A DNA stretch of 64,000 bases from an uncultured virus (IMG/VR IMGVR_UViG_3300026201_000006) (Duplodnaviria > Heunggongvirae > Uroviricota > Caudoviricetes), in IMG/VR virus record IMGVR_UViG_3300026201_000006, positions 1 to 64,000 of that record. One strand, 5' to 3'. Below are positions 19,134-27,580 of the stretch, one piece after another. Both the position numbers and the translations under genes were made by a program. Positions within the stretch are counted from its first letter, which is position 1. Every line of letters starts with the position of its first letter. Below the pieces are notes generated by a model. It saw nothing but the letters and a program-made list of their open reading frames with translations. It searched no databases and was not told where the DNA came from.

Positions 19134-19563
19134 TGGACAAAGATTTACGACTGCTGACATTGGCGATTGGTACGGGTTTGTTTATCGTATCACTAATCTC
19201 ACTAATGGGATGGACTATATTGGGAGAAAGTATTTTAAAACCGTAAGGAAGCTCAAGCCTCTTGCGGGATTTAAAAGAAAACGTAAGGTCTCAAAAGAAA
19301 CAGATTGGCAAGATTATTGGGGTTCAAGTAATAGGCTTAACGAAGATATAGAAAAGTTAGGTAAAGAGAACTTTAAACGTGAGATCATTTGTTTGTGTAA
19401 GACTCGAGGTGATACAAACTATATGGAAGCAAAGATACAATTCGATGAGAATGTGTTATTGAATGAGAATAATTATAACGGTATTATTGCTGTAAAGATT
19501 GGTGTAGGATCAGTAAAAAATTTAGCTGAAGACTATGTACAAAGCAATAAAAACATGTTATAA
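19111..19563 (+). CDS. GIY-YIG family endonuclease
   Basis: GFVYRITN...YIGRK, YWGSS. Confidence 0.75.
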   Translation: MKNDWTYNGQRFTTADIGDWYGFVYRITNLTNGMDYIGRKYFKTVRKLKPLAGFKRKRKVSKETDWQDYWGSSNRLNEDIEKLGKENFKREIICLCKTRGDTNYMEAKIQFDENVLLNENNYNGIIAVKIGVGSVKNLAEDYVQSNKNML

Positions 19564-19564
19564 T
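19534..19564 (+). promoter_or_regulatory. TATGTAC-class promoter upstream of rnh
   Basis: tatgtacaaagcaataaaaacatgttataat. Confidence 0.7.
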
Positions 19565-19593
19565 ATACTTTAAATAATGAATATAGGTAAATT

Positions 19594-20451
19594 ATGGTAC
19601 TAGTAGACTTTAATGGTTTAGCAATCGGGTCCATCATGGGTCAGTTAAATCGTGGCGAAGAACTCAGTGAAAACTTAGTTAAACACATCATTCTGAATAA
19701 CCTCAGGATATATCGTAACAAATACAAAGAAGCAGATCATGGTAAAATGGTGATCGCATGTGATAGTTACTCTTGGCGTAAGGATGTATTCCCGGAGTAT
19801 AAGGCTACACGTAAAGCTAATCGTGAATCAGATAAACACGATTGGACAGAGATCTTTAATTTGATTGAGTCTACTCTCGATGACTTACGTGAGAACTTCC
19901 CTTATGCTGTTATCAAGATTGATAGTGCAGAGGCTGATGATATTATTGGTGCATTAACTGTACATAAATCTGATTTTGGTGGTGAGGATGTAGTTATTAT
20001 ATCTGCTGATAAAGACTTTATTCAGTTACAACAATACGGTAATGTGGTAGAACAATGGTCACCACTATTTAATAAAATGGTTAAAGATGACAATCCTCGT
20101 AAATACTTATTCGAACACTTACTTAAAGGTGATTCTGGTGATGGTGTGCCAAATGCTAATTCTCACGATAATGTATTTACTACAGGTTCAAGACAAACAC
20201 CTATGACACAAAAACAGATAGACAAATACTGGGATAATCGTGATGATCTTGAAATGATTATGAAGCCTAATGTCTATCGTAACTTTATGCGTAATGTACA
20301 AATGATTGACTTGACTAATACTCCAGATGGTATTCGTGAAGCAGCTATAAATATGTACGAGAATTACACATATCCACCACGTGGTAATATACTCACGTAC
20401 TTAATAGAACACCGCATGAAAATGCTTATTGATAATGCATCAGAGTTTTGA
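19594..20451 (+). CDS. rnh: T4 RNase H (5'-3' exonuclease)
   Basis: SWRK..FPEYKA.R, EADDII, SADKDF, GDSGDGVPN. Confidence 0.93.
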   Translation: MVLVDFNGLAIGSIMGQLNRGEELSENLVKHIILNNLRIYRNKYKEADHGKMVIACDSYSWRKDVFPEYKATRKANRESDKHDWTEIFNLIESTLDDLRENFPYAVIKIDSAEADDIIGALTVHKSDFGGEDVVIISADKDFIQLQQYGNVVEQWSPLFNKMVKDDNPRKYLFEHLLKGDSGDGVPNANSHDNVFTTGSRQTPMTQKQIDKYWDNRDDLEMIMKPNVYRNFMRNVQMIDLTNTPDGIREAAINMYENYTYPPRGNILTYLIEHRMKMLIDNASEF

Positions 20452-20591
20452 GCGAAGACGAACTAAGACAATTCATGGAGTATTTTAAAGATGAGTTGCC
20501 TGATCCAGAGCATCATCCTCTTAAAGTAATGTGGTTATATAGATGGTGGAAGAGTATTACATTAAGGAATAGAGAAGATGCCGACATATAG
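20448..20591 (+). CDS. Small hypothetical protein (47 aa, TTG start)
   Basis: Fills the gap after rnh; LPDPEHHP. Confidence 0.45.
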   Translation: MSEDELRQFMEYFKDELPDPEHHPLKVMWLYRWWKSITLRNREDADI

Positions 20592-20820
20592 ATTTAAAAA
20601 TAAAACAACTGGAGTTGAGTGGGAAAAGGAAATGAGAATTTCTGAATTAGATGATTATAAAAAAGAAAATAATTGTTCTATTGTAATTGGAGTACCTACT
20701 ACAATATCTGGTGTTAAATCCTTATGGTCACAGACAGACGATGGTTTCAAAGATCGTATGAAAGAGATTGAGAAAAATGCAGGAAAAATGGGTTTAAAAC
20801 AAACCGACTACGATAGATAA
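20578..20820 (+). CDS. FmdB-like small protein
   Basis: N-terminus MPTYRF; DDGFKD. Confidence 0.6.
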   Translation: MPTYRFKNKTTGVEWEKEMRISELDDYKKENNCSIVIGVPTTISGVKSLWSQTDDGFKDRMKEIEKNAGKMGLKQTDYDR

Positions 20821-21467
20821 TGTTTAAACATGAACCCATTGATTTAGGTTATAATGACCTAACTACTACAAACAAAGGTGGTAGAAAATATCAAACACCG
20901 AATGGTGATTACCCTTCTATAACAACTATACTTGGTAACCTAAGTAAGAAAGCTATTATGGAATGGAGAGAACGTGTAGGTGAAGAAGAAGCCAATCGTA
21001 TATCTAGGCAAGCTGCCGGTAGAGGTACAGCAGTTCACCAAGTCTGTGAAGATTATGTGAACAATAAACCTGATTATGACAAAGATTTAATGCCTAATAT
21101 CTTGCATGACTTTAAGAGAATTAAGAATATATTAGACACAAGAATAGGTACAGTATACGGACAGGAATTGCCATTGTATTCTGATCATTTAGGAGTTGCA
21201 GGTCGAGTTGACTGTGTAGCAGAATTCGATGGTAAACTGTCTATTATAGACTATAAGACAAGTCGTAAGACAAAGAAAAAGGAATGGATCCATTCTTATT
21301 TCATGCAAGAATGCTTTTATGCTATTGCATGGGAAGAGAGAACTGGTATTCCTATCACACAATTAGTAACAATTATCTCTGTGGATGACGCAGAACCGCA
21401 AGTATTCATTGAACATCGTGACAACTGGGATAAGGAACTCGTGCAGGTCATACACCAGTACACTTAA
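20820..21467 (+). CDS. PD-(D/E)XK exonuclease
   Basis: YPSITT, RGTAVH, AGRVDC, IIDYKTS. Confidence 0.88.
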   Translation: MFKHEPIDLGYNDLTTTNKGGRKYQTPNGDYPSITTILGNLSKKAIMEWRERVGEEEANRISRQAAGRGTAVHQVCEDYVNNKPDYDKDLMPNILHDFKRIKNILDTRIGTVYGQELPLYSDHLGVAGRVDCVAEFDGKLSIIDYKTSRKTKKKEWIHSYFMQECFYAIAWEERTGIPITQLVTIISVDDAEPQVFIEHRDNWDKELVQVIHQYT

Positions 21468-21508
21468 ACTGGCACACCAATTCGCCGCATCTGGACCAGT
21501 AACTTTTT

Positions 21509-21536
21509 ACACAAGCCCTCGTTTTTATGATATAAT
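21509..21536 (+). promoter_or_regulatory. Promoter ACACAAGC-N14-TATAAT, copy 1
   Basis: Same box and spacing as 21801-21828. Confidence 0.65.
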
Positions 21537-21565
21537 ATAACTATATTAAACAATAAGGATAGACA

Positions 21566-21739
21566 ATGAAAGTAGGAAATAGATCAAAAATCGGTAATAG
21601 AGAACAAAGAATGCAAGCTCGTTTTGAGAAGTTAGTTTCTAGAGTTAGTGAACTTGAAAAAGAAAACGCTAGTTTAAAAGCAGATCTTGTTGTTGCTAAC
21701 AGAAAAGTTGGTGCTGCGAGATTTGCCCCTAGGTTTTAA
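21566..21739 (+). CDS. Small basic coiled-coil protein (57 aa)
   Basis: AAGGA RBS; LVSRVSELEKENASLKADL. Confidence 0.65.
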   Translation: MKVGNRSKIGNREQRMQARFEKLVSRVSELEKENASLKADLVVANRKVGAARFAPRF

Positions 21740-21740
21740 A

Positions 21741-21789
21741 GAAAAATATTCTATGAAAAGCCGCTTTTGTATAAAAATATTACTATTTT
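21741..21789 (+). repeat. 49-nt imperfect hairpin element, copy 2
   Basis: Aligns to 15929-15977. Confidence 0.65.
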
Positions 21790-21800
21790 CAAAAATAGTC

Positions 21801-21828
21801 ACACAAGCGATCAAAACTGTGGTATAAT
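21801..21828 (+). promoter_or_regulatory. Promoter ACACAAGC-N14-TATAAT, copy 2
   Basis: Motif repeat. Confidence 0.65.
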
Positions 21829-21859
21829 ATTACTATATTAAATAATAAAGGAGTCAAAT

Positions 21860-22105
21860 ATGACATCAGGACAAATACTAGAAAAATACGCATCACCTTC
21901 AAGCGAAGCTTCTTTCGCTAAAGGTATCCCAATGAAATATCTTAAACTTATGCAATCATCATTGCTATATTATGATAGCTTAGATGGTGTTAAAGGTTTT
22001 AGATGGGTGTTTAGAGGTAAGTCTAAGCCTGGTTTTAAAAGACCACAGGCTTGGTGCCCTAAAGCTCATGCAGATACTTTTGCAATTTACGAAAGGAGTT
22101 TATAA
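21860..22105 (+). CDS. Hypothetical protein
   Basis: AAGGAG RBS. Confidence 0.7.
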   Translation: MTSGQILEKYASPSSEASFAKGIPMKYLKLMQSSLLYYDSLDGVKGFRWVFRGKSKPGFKRPQAWCPKAHADTFAIYERSL

Positions 22106-22269
22106 TGGGACGTTCAAAAGAACTACAAGATTTTATCGATGCTAACCCTGATAAATTCAGGGTTGTATCACCAGAGGAGACTGCTAAGACTTTGAAAAAG
22201 CAAAGCGGCGGTTATTTTAAAGGACAATCAGTAATGGGTCCATCTAAGAAGAAAGGAAAATCATCATGA
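22105..22269 (+). CDS. Small basic hypothetical protein (54 aa)
   Basis: AAGGAG RBS and TAATG coupling. Confidence 0.6.
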   Translation: MGRSKELQDFIDANPDKFRVVSPEETAKTLKKQSGGYFKGQSVMGPSKKKGKSS

Positions 22270-22397
22270 ATATTAAAGAGCATAACGAAAATATGGAATC
22301 AATTAGATCATCTTACGACAGCATTATGAAGAGTGGTTACTCTATCATGGGTTGTATGATTCTTTGGATTGGAATTGAAATTGGGATGATGCTATAA
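22266..22397 (+). CDS. Small membrane protein (43 aa)
   Basis: ATGA coupling; hydrophobic C-terminus. Confidence 0.5.
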   Translation: MNIKEHNENMESIRSSYDSIMKSGYSIMGCMILWIGIEIGMML

Positions 22398-22636
22398 TGT
22401 GGGTTAAAGAATCAAAGCGTAAGACTATTGATAATTTAGATGGTATTCGTTTACGATCAGCTAGACTATGGTTAGACAAAGATGGATTCCATCCTTTCCT
22501 AGATCAGGATGATCTAACTAAACCTGACTTACAAAAGTCTATGGGATGTGCATATGCCGATCTTCCAAAGGAAGCATGGGATACTATGGACAGATATGAT
22601 GAAGCATTAGCCAAAGGGAGTATATATGCCACGTGA
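22397..22636 (+). CDS. Hypothetical protein
   Basis: Coupled ORF. Confidence 0.6.
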   Translation: MWVKESKRKTIDNLDGIRLRSARLWLDKDGFHPFLDQDDLTKPDLQKSMGCAYADLPKEAWDTMDRYDEALAKGSIYAT

Positions 22637-23219
22637 GATAAAAGACAAAGTTATATTAACTGACTGCGATGGAGTTCTATTAGATTGGGAATTTCATTTT
22701 TATCGTTGGTTAGAAAAGACTGAAGGTCTACACAGATTAAGTGATGACTACAACGTTGCAAAAGCAGTTGGTGTCACACAGAAAACTGGTTCAAGGTATG
22801 TTAACTTGTTTAACAGATCAGAAGAAATGAAAAGGCTATCACCACTTCGTGATGCTATTAAATATGTCCGCAAGCTTCATGAGGAGCATGGGTATATTTT
22901 CCATGTCATTACTTCTCAAACTAATTGCAAACTTGCACAAGAGTATCGTAAAGAGAACTTGCGCAATGTATTCGGAGATGTGTTCGAAGGTTTTACTATA
23001 CTCAACACTGGTCAAGACAAAGATGAAGTCTTACTCAAAGATTGGGGTGGATCAGAATGCTGGTGGATAGAAGACAAATCAGCGAACATTAAAATGGGTA
23101 ACGATGCTGGACTAAACAGTATCTTAATCGATCATGCATGGAACAGAGACAATGAATATGTTTGTGCTCGTGCAAGAACTTGGAAAGATGTTTACAAAAT
23201 AATTGAAGGAGATTTATAA
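22626..23219 (+). CDS. HAD-superfamily phosphatase/nucleotidase (T4 30.2-like)
   Basis: DCDGVL, VITS, WIEDK. Confidence 0.85.
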   Translation: MPREIKDKVILTDCDGVLLDWEFHFYRWLEKTEGLHRLSDDYNVAKAVGVTQKTGSRYVNLFNRSEEMKRLSPLRDAIKYVRKLHEEHGYIFHVITSQTNCKLAQEYRKENLRNVFGDVFEGFTILNTGQDKDEVLLKDWGGSECWWIEDKSANIKMGNDAGLNSILIDHAWNRDNEYVCARARTWKDVYKIIEGDL

Positions 23220-23434
23220 TGGTAGTAACAGCTGAAAATAGAGAAGAATACTTCAGATCACAAAATAAATTTTATGTAGCTGGTTGGGTAGCGAATGAAC
23301 AATGTGAACTACCACAATCTTTACCTGAGTCTTGTAGGGATAACCCTGTTGTTGTCAAGCAATATCAAGATTACATTGCTGGATATGGAGATTGCGTTGC
23401 GAATATTGAATGTTTGAGTGCAGATATTGTATAA
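23219..23434 (+). CDS. Hypothetical protein
   Basis: AGGAG RBS; coupled. Confidence 0.6.
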   Translation: MVVTAENREEYFRSQNKFYVAGWVANEQCELPQSLPESCRDNPVVVKQYQDYIAGYGDCVANIECLSADIV

Positions 23435-23462
23435 ATAAAGCTATATCACATAGGATAATTTA

Positions 23463-23633
23463 ATGTCGACGACACAATTGTTTGAGGCGCTTGAAGATAA
23501 CGTCAAGCGTATGGGTATGATGGGACAGTGGTATCAAAGGTATGACATATCTGAAGCTGCTGAAAAATCAAAGAAAATTATTAAAGAATTAAAGAAGGAA
23601 TTGGATCCACCGTGTGGTATGAGTAGAAAATGA
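23463..23633 (+). CDS. Small hypothetical protein (56 aa) after late promoter 23430-23437
   Basis: TATAAATA and AGGA RBS. Confidence 0.55.
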   Translation: MSTTQLFEALEDNVKRMGMMGQWYQRYDISEAAEKSKKIIKELKKELDPPCGMSRK

Positions 23634-23646
23634 ATGGGAGGTAACC

Positions 23647-23955
23647 ATGGCGTTACTGGAAGATATAGTTAATTTTTGTAAGAAAGAATTGAGTATACCT
23701 CAAGAGATTTTAGTATCTGTAGAGGTTGAAGATATATCAGAAGATAATGTTAAAGGTTGGACCACTGATTCTGCAGAAGATGATGAGTATGATATTGAGA
23801 TTGATACAGGTCTTAGTTTCAAAGAAACTATCTTAACCTTGTGCCACGAGATGGTACATGTCCAACAACTTCACGAAAATCGCGAGCTTGATGAAAATGA
23901 AGCTTACGAAAAAGAGAGTACGTTGTATAAAAAATATATAAATAACTCTCAGTAG
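23647..23955 (+). CDS. Zincin-like metallopeptidase
   Basis: HEMVH...E.EAY. Confidence 0.75.
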   Translation: MALLEDIVNFCKKELSIPQEILVSVEVEDISEDNVKGWTTDSAEDDEYDIEIDTGLSFKETILTLCHEMVHVQQLHENRELDENEAYEKESTLYKKYINNSQ

Positions 23956-24006
23956 TTAGTCCCTACTCAAAAAAGGATTTTTTTGTTTAAATAAAAAGGA
24001 AAGTAT

Positions 24007-24765
24007 ATGTTTAAAAAACTACTAGTCGCGACGGCGGCAATGGCAGTATCTGCAACTACGTTTGCTGGTATTAGTCTTTCGGGTTTGTATGAGGGTACAC
24101 TAGATTCACATGGTACATACTCTCAAGACATTCATACTACGATGAAGGGAACTGCAGGCGCGTCAAGCGTAACTGTTGTTCTTGATAAAGATTTCAACGT
24201 AGATGATATGTATGTAGAGAGCACAGCTGGTGTTCTTACTCTTAAAATTGGTGACTGGTCAGGAGATGATCCTGATGTAACAAAGATTGGTGTAAGCACT
24301 ACACTAGGTGCATACACAGTTGGTCTTAGCCAAGTAAGTGGTGGTTCTACTGAGGTAGATGCAAGTGGAACAATTGGTGGTATTGCATTAGCAATGACTA
24401 ACATCACAAATGAAGCAAGAGAAACTACTGCTTCAATTACATCTGGTGGTGTATCAGCTAAAGTGGTACACAATAAAGTCACAGCAGGACATAACGCTGA
24501 AGTTACAGTTGGTACAACTGTTGCTGGCTTAGGTCTTGAAGTAGTTCATGATAGAAATGCTGGAGCAACAAATGACAACGAAGTATCGGTCTCTCGTGCC
24601 ATTGGTACTCTAGGTACTGTTAAAGGTACTTGGAACAAGACAGATGCAGCGACTCCTGTTACTACAAAAACTGTCGAGTTAACTCGTGGTATTTGGACAG
24701 GTTCGTGGTCACAAGTTGATAGCGCAGACGCTACAGTTAAGCTTGAGGCAAAACTATCGTTCTAA
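24007..24765 (+). CDS. Outer-membrane porin-like beta-barrel (host-derived)
   Basis: Sec signal (TTFA|G), amphipathic strands, C-terminal LEAKLSF; late promoter at 23937-23944. Confidence 0.75.
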   Translation: MFKKLLVATAAMAVSATTFAGISLSGLYEGTLDSHGTYSQDIHTTMKGTAGASSVTVVLDKDFNVDDMYVESTAGVLTLKIGDWSGDDPDVTKIGVSTTLGAYTVGLSQVSGGSTEVDASGTIGGIALAMTNITNEARETTASITSGGVSAKVVHNKVTAGHNAEVTVGTTVAGLGLEVVHDRNAGATNDNEVSVSRAIGTLGTVKGTWNKTDAATPVTTKTVELTRGIWTGSWSQVDSADATVKLEAKLSF

Positions 24766-24791
24766 CTTAGATATGGTACTCTAAGTAACTC

Positions 24792-24823
24792 GGGGGACTT
24801 TCCTTATTAGGTCCCCCATCTTT
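24792..24823 (+). terminator. Intrinsic terminator-like hairpin
   Basis: gggggac...gtccccc followed by atcttt. Confidence 0.65.
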
Positions 24824-24839
24824 AAATAATGGAGAAGTC

Positions 24840-25073
24840 ATGGAATATAACAATACAAAACTTATGAGCGAACACTATAAAGATGATGGTAGTGTCGCAA
24901 AGATTTATCAAGTAGTAACAGGAATGGATGGAGAACATTCGTTCTTTTCAATAACATACAAAGACCCAGCTGGTAATCGTATTATGCAAGAAGATTTTCC
25001 ATACAAAGCTTTAAATTATGTGGAAGATGCAGCAGAAAACTGGTGTAAGGGTATCAAATTATTAAAGGGGTAA
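24840..25073 (+). CDS. Hypothetical protein
   Basis: GGAG RBS; YVEDAAENW. Confidence 0.7.
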   Translation: MEYNNTKLMSEHYKDDGSVAKIYQVVTGMDGEHSFFSITYKDPAGNRIMQEDFPYKALNYVEDAAENWCKGIKLLKG

Positions 25074-25074
25074 T

Positions 25075-25323
25075 ATGGCAGACGTATTTGATTTTGGTTT
25101 CACGCTGGTTGATGAGGATGAATTAGAAGTTGCACAAACAGCAACAGCCTCAGCGGCAGCAGCAGAAACAACACAAGACAGATTAGACAATCTATATAAT
25201 GCTATTACACCTTTGCTCAATAACTTAAAGGCTAATCCGGAGAAAGAAATGATTAAATGGCCTAATCGCGTTGAGAAGGTAGAAGCATTTGAAGATCACA
25301 TCTATAAAATTTATAAAGGTTAG
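25075..25323 (+). CDS. Conserved T4-like hypothetical protein
   Basis: FDFGFT.VDEDEL, PLLNNLK.NPEK..I.WPNR. Confidence 0.75.
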   Translation: MADVFDFGFTLVDEDELEVAQTATASAAAAETTQDRLDNLYNAITPLLNNLKANPEKEMIKWPNRVEKVEAFEDHIYKIYKG

Positions 25324-25353
25324 TATGTACAAACTGTAAAAACATGTTATAAT
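25323..25353 (+). promoter_or_regulatory. GTATGTAC-class promoter
   Basis: Motif match. Confidence 0.7.
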
Positions 25354-25385
25354 ATACTTAACACACACTAAATAGGATTTACATT

Positions 25386-25772
25386 ATGGCAAAACGTAAG
25401 ATGACAGAAGCACAACGAGCAGCCGCAGCGGCTAATCTAGCAAAAGCAAGAGCAGCAAAAAAACCTGCTGCATATAAAAGTATCGCAGCTAATGTTGTTG
25501 CATTAGATGACGACCACGGTTTATCTTTAGTTAACGTGAAGAGATATATCAAAGCAACCACAGAAAAGATGGCAGCATATAGACGTGGTATCCAAGCTGG
25601 TGAGAGAGGTGCAATTGCCAAGTATGAAGCGGCAAGAGTATACAAAAACCATTGTCAAACATATCTAAGAGAAGGAGTATGGTCATTAGATTTTTATGGA
25701 GAAGATGAAGAGAAGCCAGTGTTTTGGGCAACTCTTGTTCCAGCCTATGACAAAAATGGTATTCAAAAATGA
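25386..25772 (+). CDS. Basic hypothetical protein
   Basis: Lies after a promoter and upstream of gene 33. Confidence 0.7.
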   Translation: MAKRKMTEAQRAAAAANLAKARAAKKPAAYKSIAANVVALDDDHGLSLVNVKRYIKATTEKMAAYRRGIQAGERGAIAKYEAARVYKNHCQTYLREGVWSLDFYGEDEEKPVFWATLVPAYDKNGIQK

Positions 25773-26002
25773 GCGAGGATCTAAATAAGAAAGCATTCTC
25801 AAATTTAGTTGAGACTTATGTCCGAACTCACAAAGGTTGTCCATACATTGATGCTATTATAACAGTATGTGAGGACAATGAGATTGATCTTCGTGACAGT
25901 AAAAAACTTATATCAAAGGAGATCATAGAACATGTTGAGTTTGAAGCAAAAGAACTTAACTTACTACAAGGGGGTAACCCAACTTACGTGTTACCTATAT
26001 GA
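25769..26002 (+). CDS. 33: Late transcription coactivator gp33
   Basis: YIDAI...CE.NEID...EAKELNLL; synteny with 59 and 32. Confidence 0.85.
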   Translation: MSEDLNKKAFSNLVETYVRTHKGCPYIDAIITVCEDNEIDLRDSKKLISKEIIEHVEFEAKELNLLQGGNPTYVLPI

Positions 26003-26577
26003 GAATGACAGGATATGAGGCCTTTACATTACATAACGCAATTAACCTCCACTTTAATGGATCTTACGATTGCTTTAAGTATAATTTTAAAACTAATGTA
26101 ACTGAAAAAACTTATTGGAAAAGGCCAGACAAATTTCAGTTAACAAAGATTGGTAAAAGATTTAAGAGTAAAGATGATATCATATTATATTTTGCTGCAC
26201 ATCAAGTAGCAGGTAATAAGTATAGTGGTGATATGATCAGAGACGAAGAGACTTATACCAAGTTCCTAAAAGTTATAGATAGTATGTCTTATGTATTTAG
26301 GAATGAATTAGAACAGATTTCAGATGTAAAGTTTGATGATCTTTTGGAAATAGAAGAAACATATCCAAGAATTATCCAGCTTCATCTCGAAGGCACGGTT
26401 TCATTAGAGACTGTGTGTATTATCAATAGGCTTACAGGATTTATTGATAAAGCAAATAAACAGATCACAGAAACAATTCTATGGCCTGATTTGCACAGGA
26501 AAATATCAAAGTATCAAGCTTTCTTAAAGTTTGATGACAATAAGTTTAAACGAATTATTGTAGATGTTTTCAAATAA
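25999..26577 (+). CDS. 59: Helicase loader gp59
   Basis: LHF..SYD.FKYN.K, VSLET; synteny. Confidence 0.88.
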   Translation: MRMTGYEAFTLHNAINLHFNGSYDCFKYNFKTNVTEKTYWKRPDKFQLTKIGKRFKSKDDIILYFAAHQVAGNKYSGDMIRDEETYTKFLKVIDSMSYVFRNELEQISDVKFDDLLEIEETYPRIIQLHLEGTVSLETVCIINRLTGFIDKANKQITETILWPDLHRKISKYQAFLKFDDNKFKRIIVDVFK

Positions 26578-26578
26578 A

Positions 26579-26609
26579 GTATGTACTTTTTGCAAAAGTA
26601 TGTTATAAT
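26579..26609 (+). promoter_or_regulatory. GTATGTAC-class promoter upstream of gene 32
   Basis: Motif match followed by an A/T-rich leader. Confidence 0.7.
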
Positions 26610-26653
26610 ATAAAACGATATAAATTAATATAAATTTTTAAAGGAGATGTACA

Positions 26654-27538
26654 ATGAGTTTTGCAGACTTAAAGGCTAAAGCTAATGACATGAGCGCATT
26701 AGTTGGTGCGGCCGGAAGCACCACAGAAAAGAAATCATATGGCGACGATCGTATGTGGAAACCCACGGTAGATAAAGCAGGTAACGGATATGCTGTTATT
26801 CGTTTTCTACCAGCAGTTGAAGGTGATGACTTACCTTGGGCTAAATACTGGGATCACTTCTTCCAAGGACCAACTGGACAATGGTATGTTGAGAAATCAC
26901 TGACTACTATTGGTAAAGACGATCCTGTGTCAGAGATGAATTCTAAACTTTGGAATACAGGTATTGAAGCTGACAAAGATCTTGCACGTAAGCGTAAGCG
27001 TAGACTACATTATGTGTCAAATATCTATGTTGTCTCAGATCCTGAGAATCCTGAAAACGAAGGTAAGGTATTTCTATATACCTATGGTGCTAAAATCTTT
27101 GAGAAGATTATGGATAGCATGCAACCTAAGTTTCAAGATGAAACACCAGTTAACCCATTTGATATGTGGAAAGGTGCTAACTTTAAAATGAAGATCGCTA
27201 ATGTTGCTGGTTACAGGAACTATGACAGATCTGAATTTGCTCCTGCTGAAGCGTTACATACCGATGACAATGTGTTAGAAGGTATTTACAATAAGCAGTA
27301 TGCACTGAAAGAGTTTACCGATCCATCATCATTTAAATCTTACAGTGAGCTTAATCTTAAGCTAACTCGTGTGTTAGGTGAGGAAGTTAAAATGCCAGCA
27401 GTCGAAGATGATGCTCCATTTAATGACGAACCTGCAATGTCTGATCCTGTTGCGACAGCTGCTGATCCAGTAGCCAGAGCTGATTCAGACAATGATGATA
27501 CTATGAGTTATTTTGCTAAACTAGCAGCTGAAGCTTAA
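26654..27538 (+). CDS. 32: ssDNA-binding protein gp32
   Basis: DKAGNGYAVIRFLP, GANFK.KI, acidic tail. Confidence 0.97.
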   Translation: MSFADLKAKANDMSALVGAAGSTTEKKSYGDDRMWKPTVDKAGNGYAVIRFLPAVEGDDLPWAKYWDHFFQGPTGQWYVEKSLTTIGKDDPVSEMNSKLWNTGIEADKDLARKRKRRLHYVSNIYVVSDPENPENEGKVFLYTYGAKIFEKIMDSMQPKFQDETPVNPFDMWKGANFKMKIANVAGYRNYDRSEFAPAEALHTDDNVLEGIYNKQYALKEFTDPSSFKSYSELNLKLTRVLGEEVKMPAVEDDAPFNDEPAMSDPVATAADPVARADSDNDDTMSYFAKLAAEA

Positions 27539-27555
27539 GAGTTAATCAGTTTGAG

Positions 27556-27580
27556 AAGGGGACGAAAGTCCCCTTTTTTT
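27556..27580 (+). terminator. Intrinsic terminator with GAAA loop between convergent genes
   Basis: aaggggac-gaaa-gtcccc followed by a T run. Confidence 0.9.

Noticed and set aside
19111..19563. Mobile homing endonuclease element
   Set aside because: It has a catalytic domain only, with no DNA-binding extension or intron context, so it is more likely a resident nuclease.
20820..21467. Cas4 or CRISPR system
   Set aside because: It lacks the Cas4 Cys cluster and no repeat-spacer array was seen. It is an ordinary phage exonuclease.
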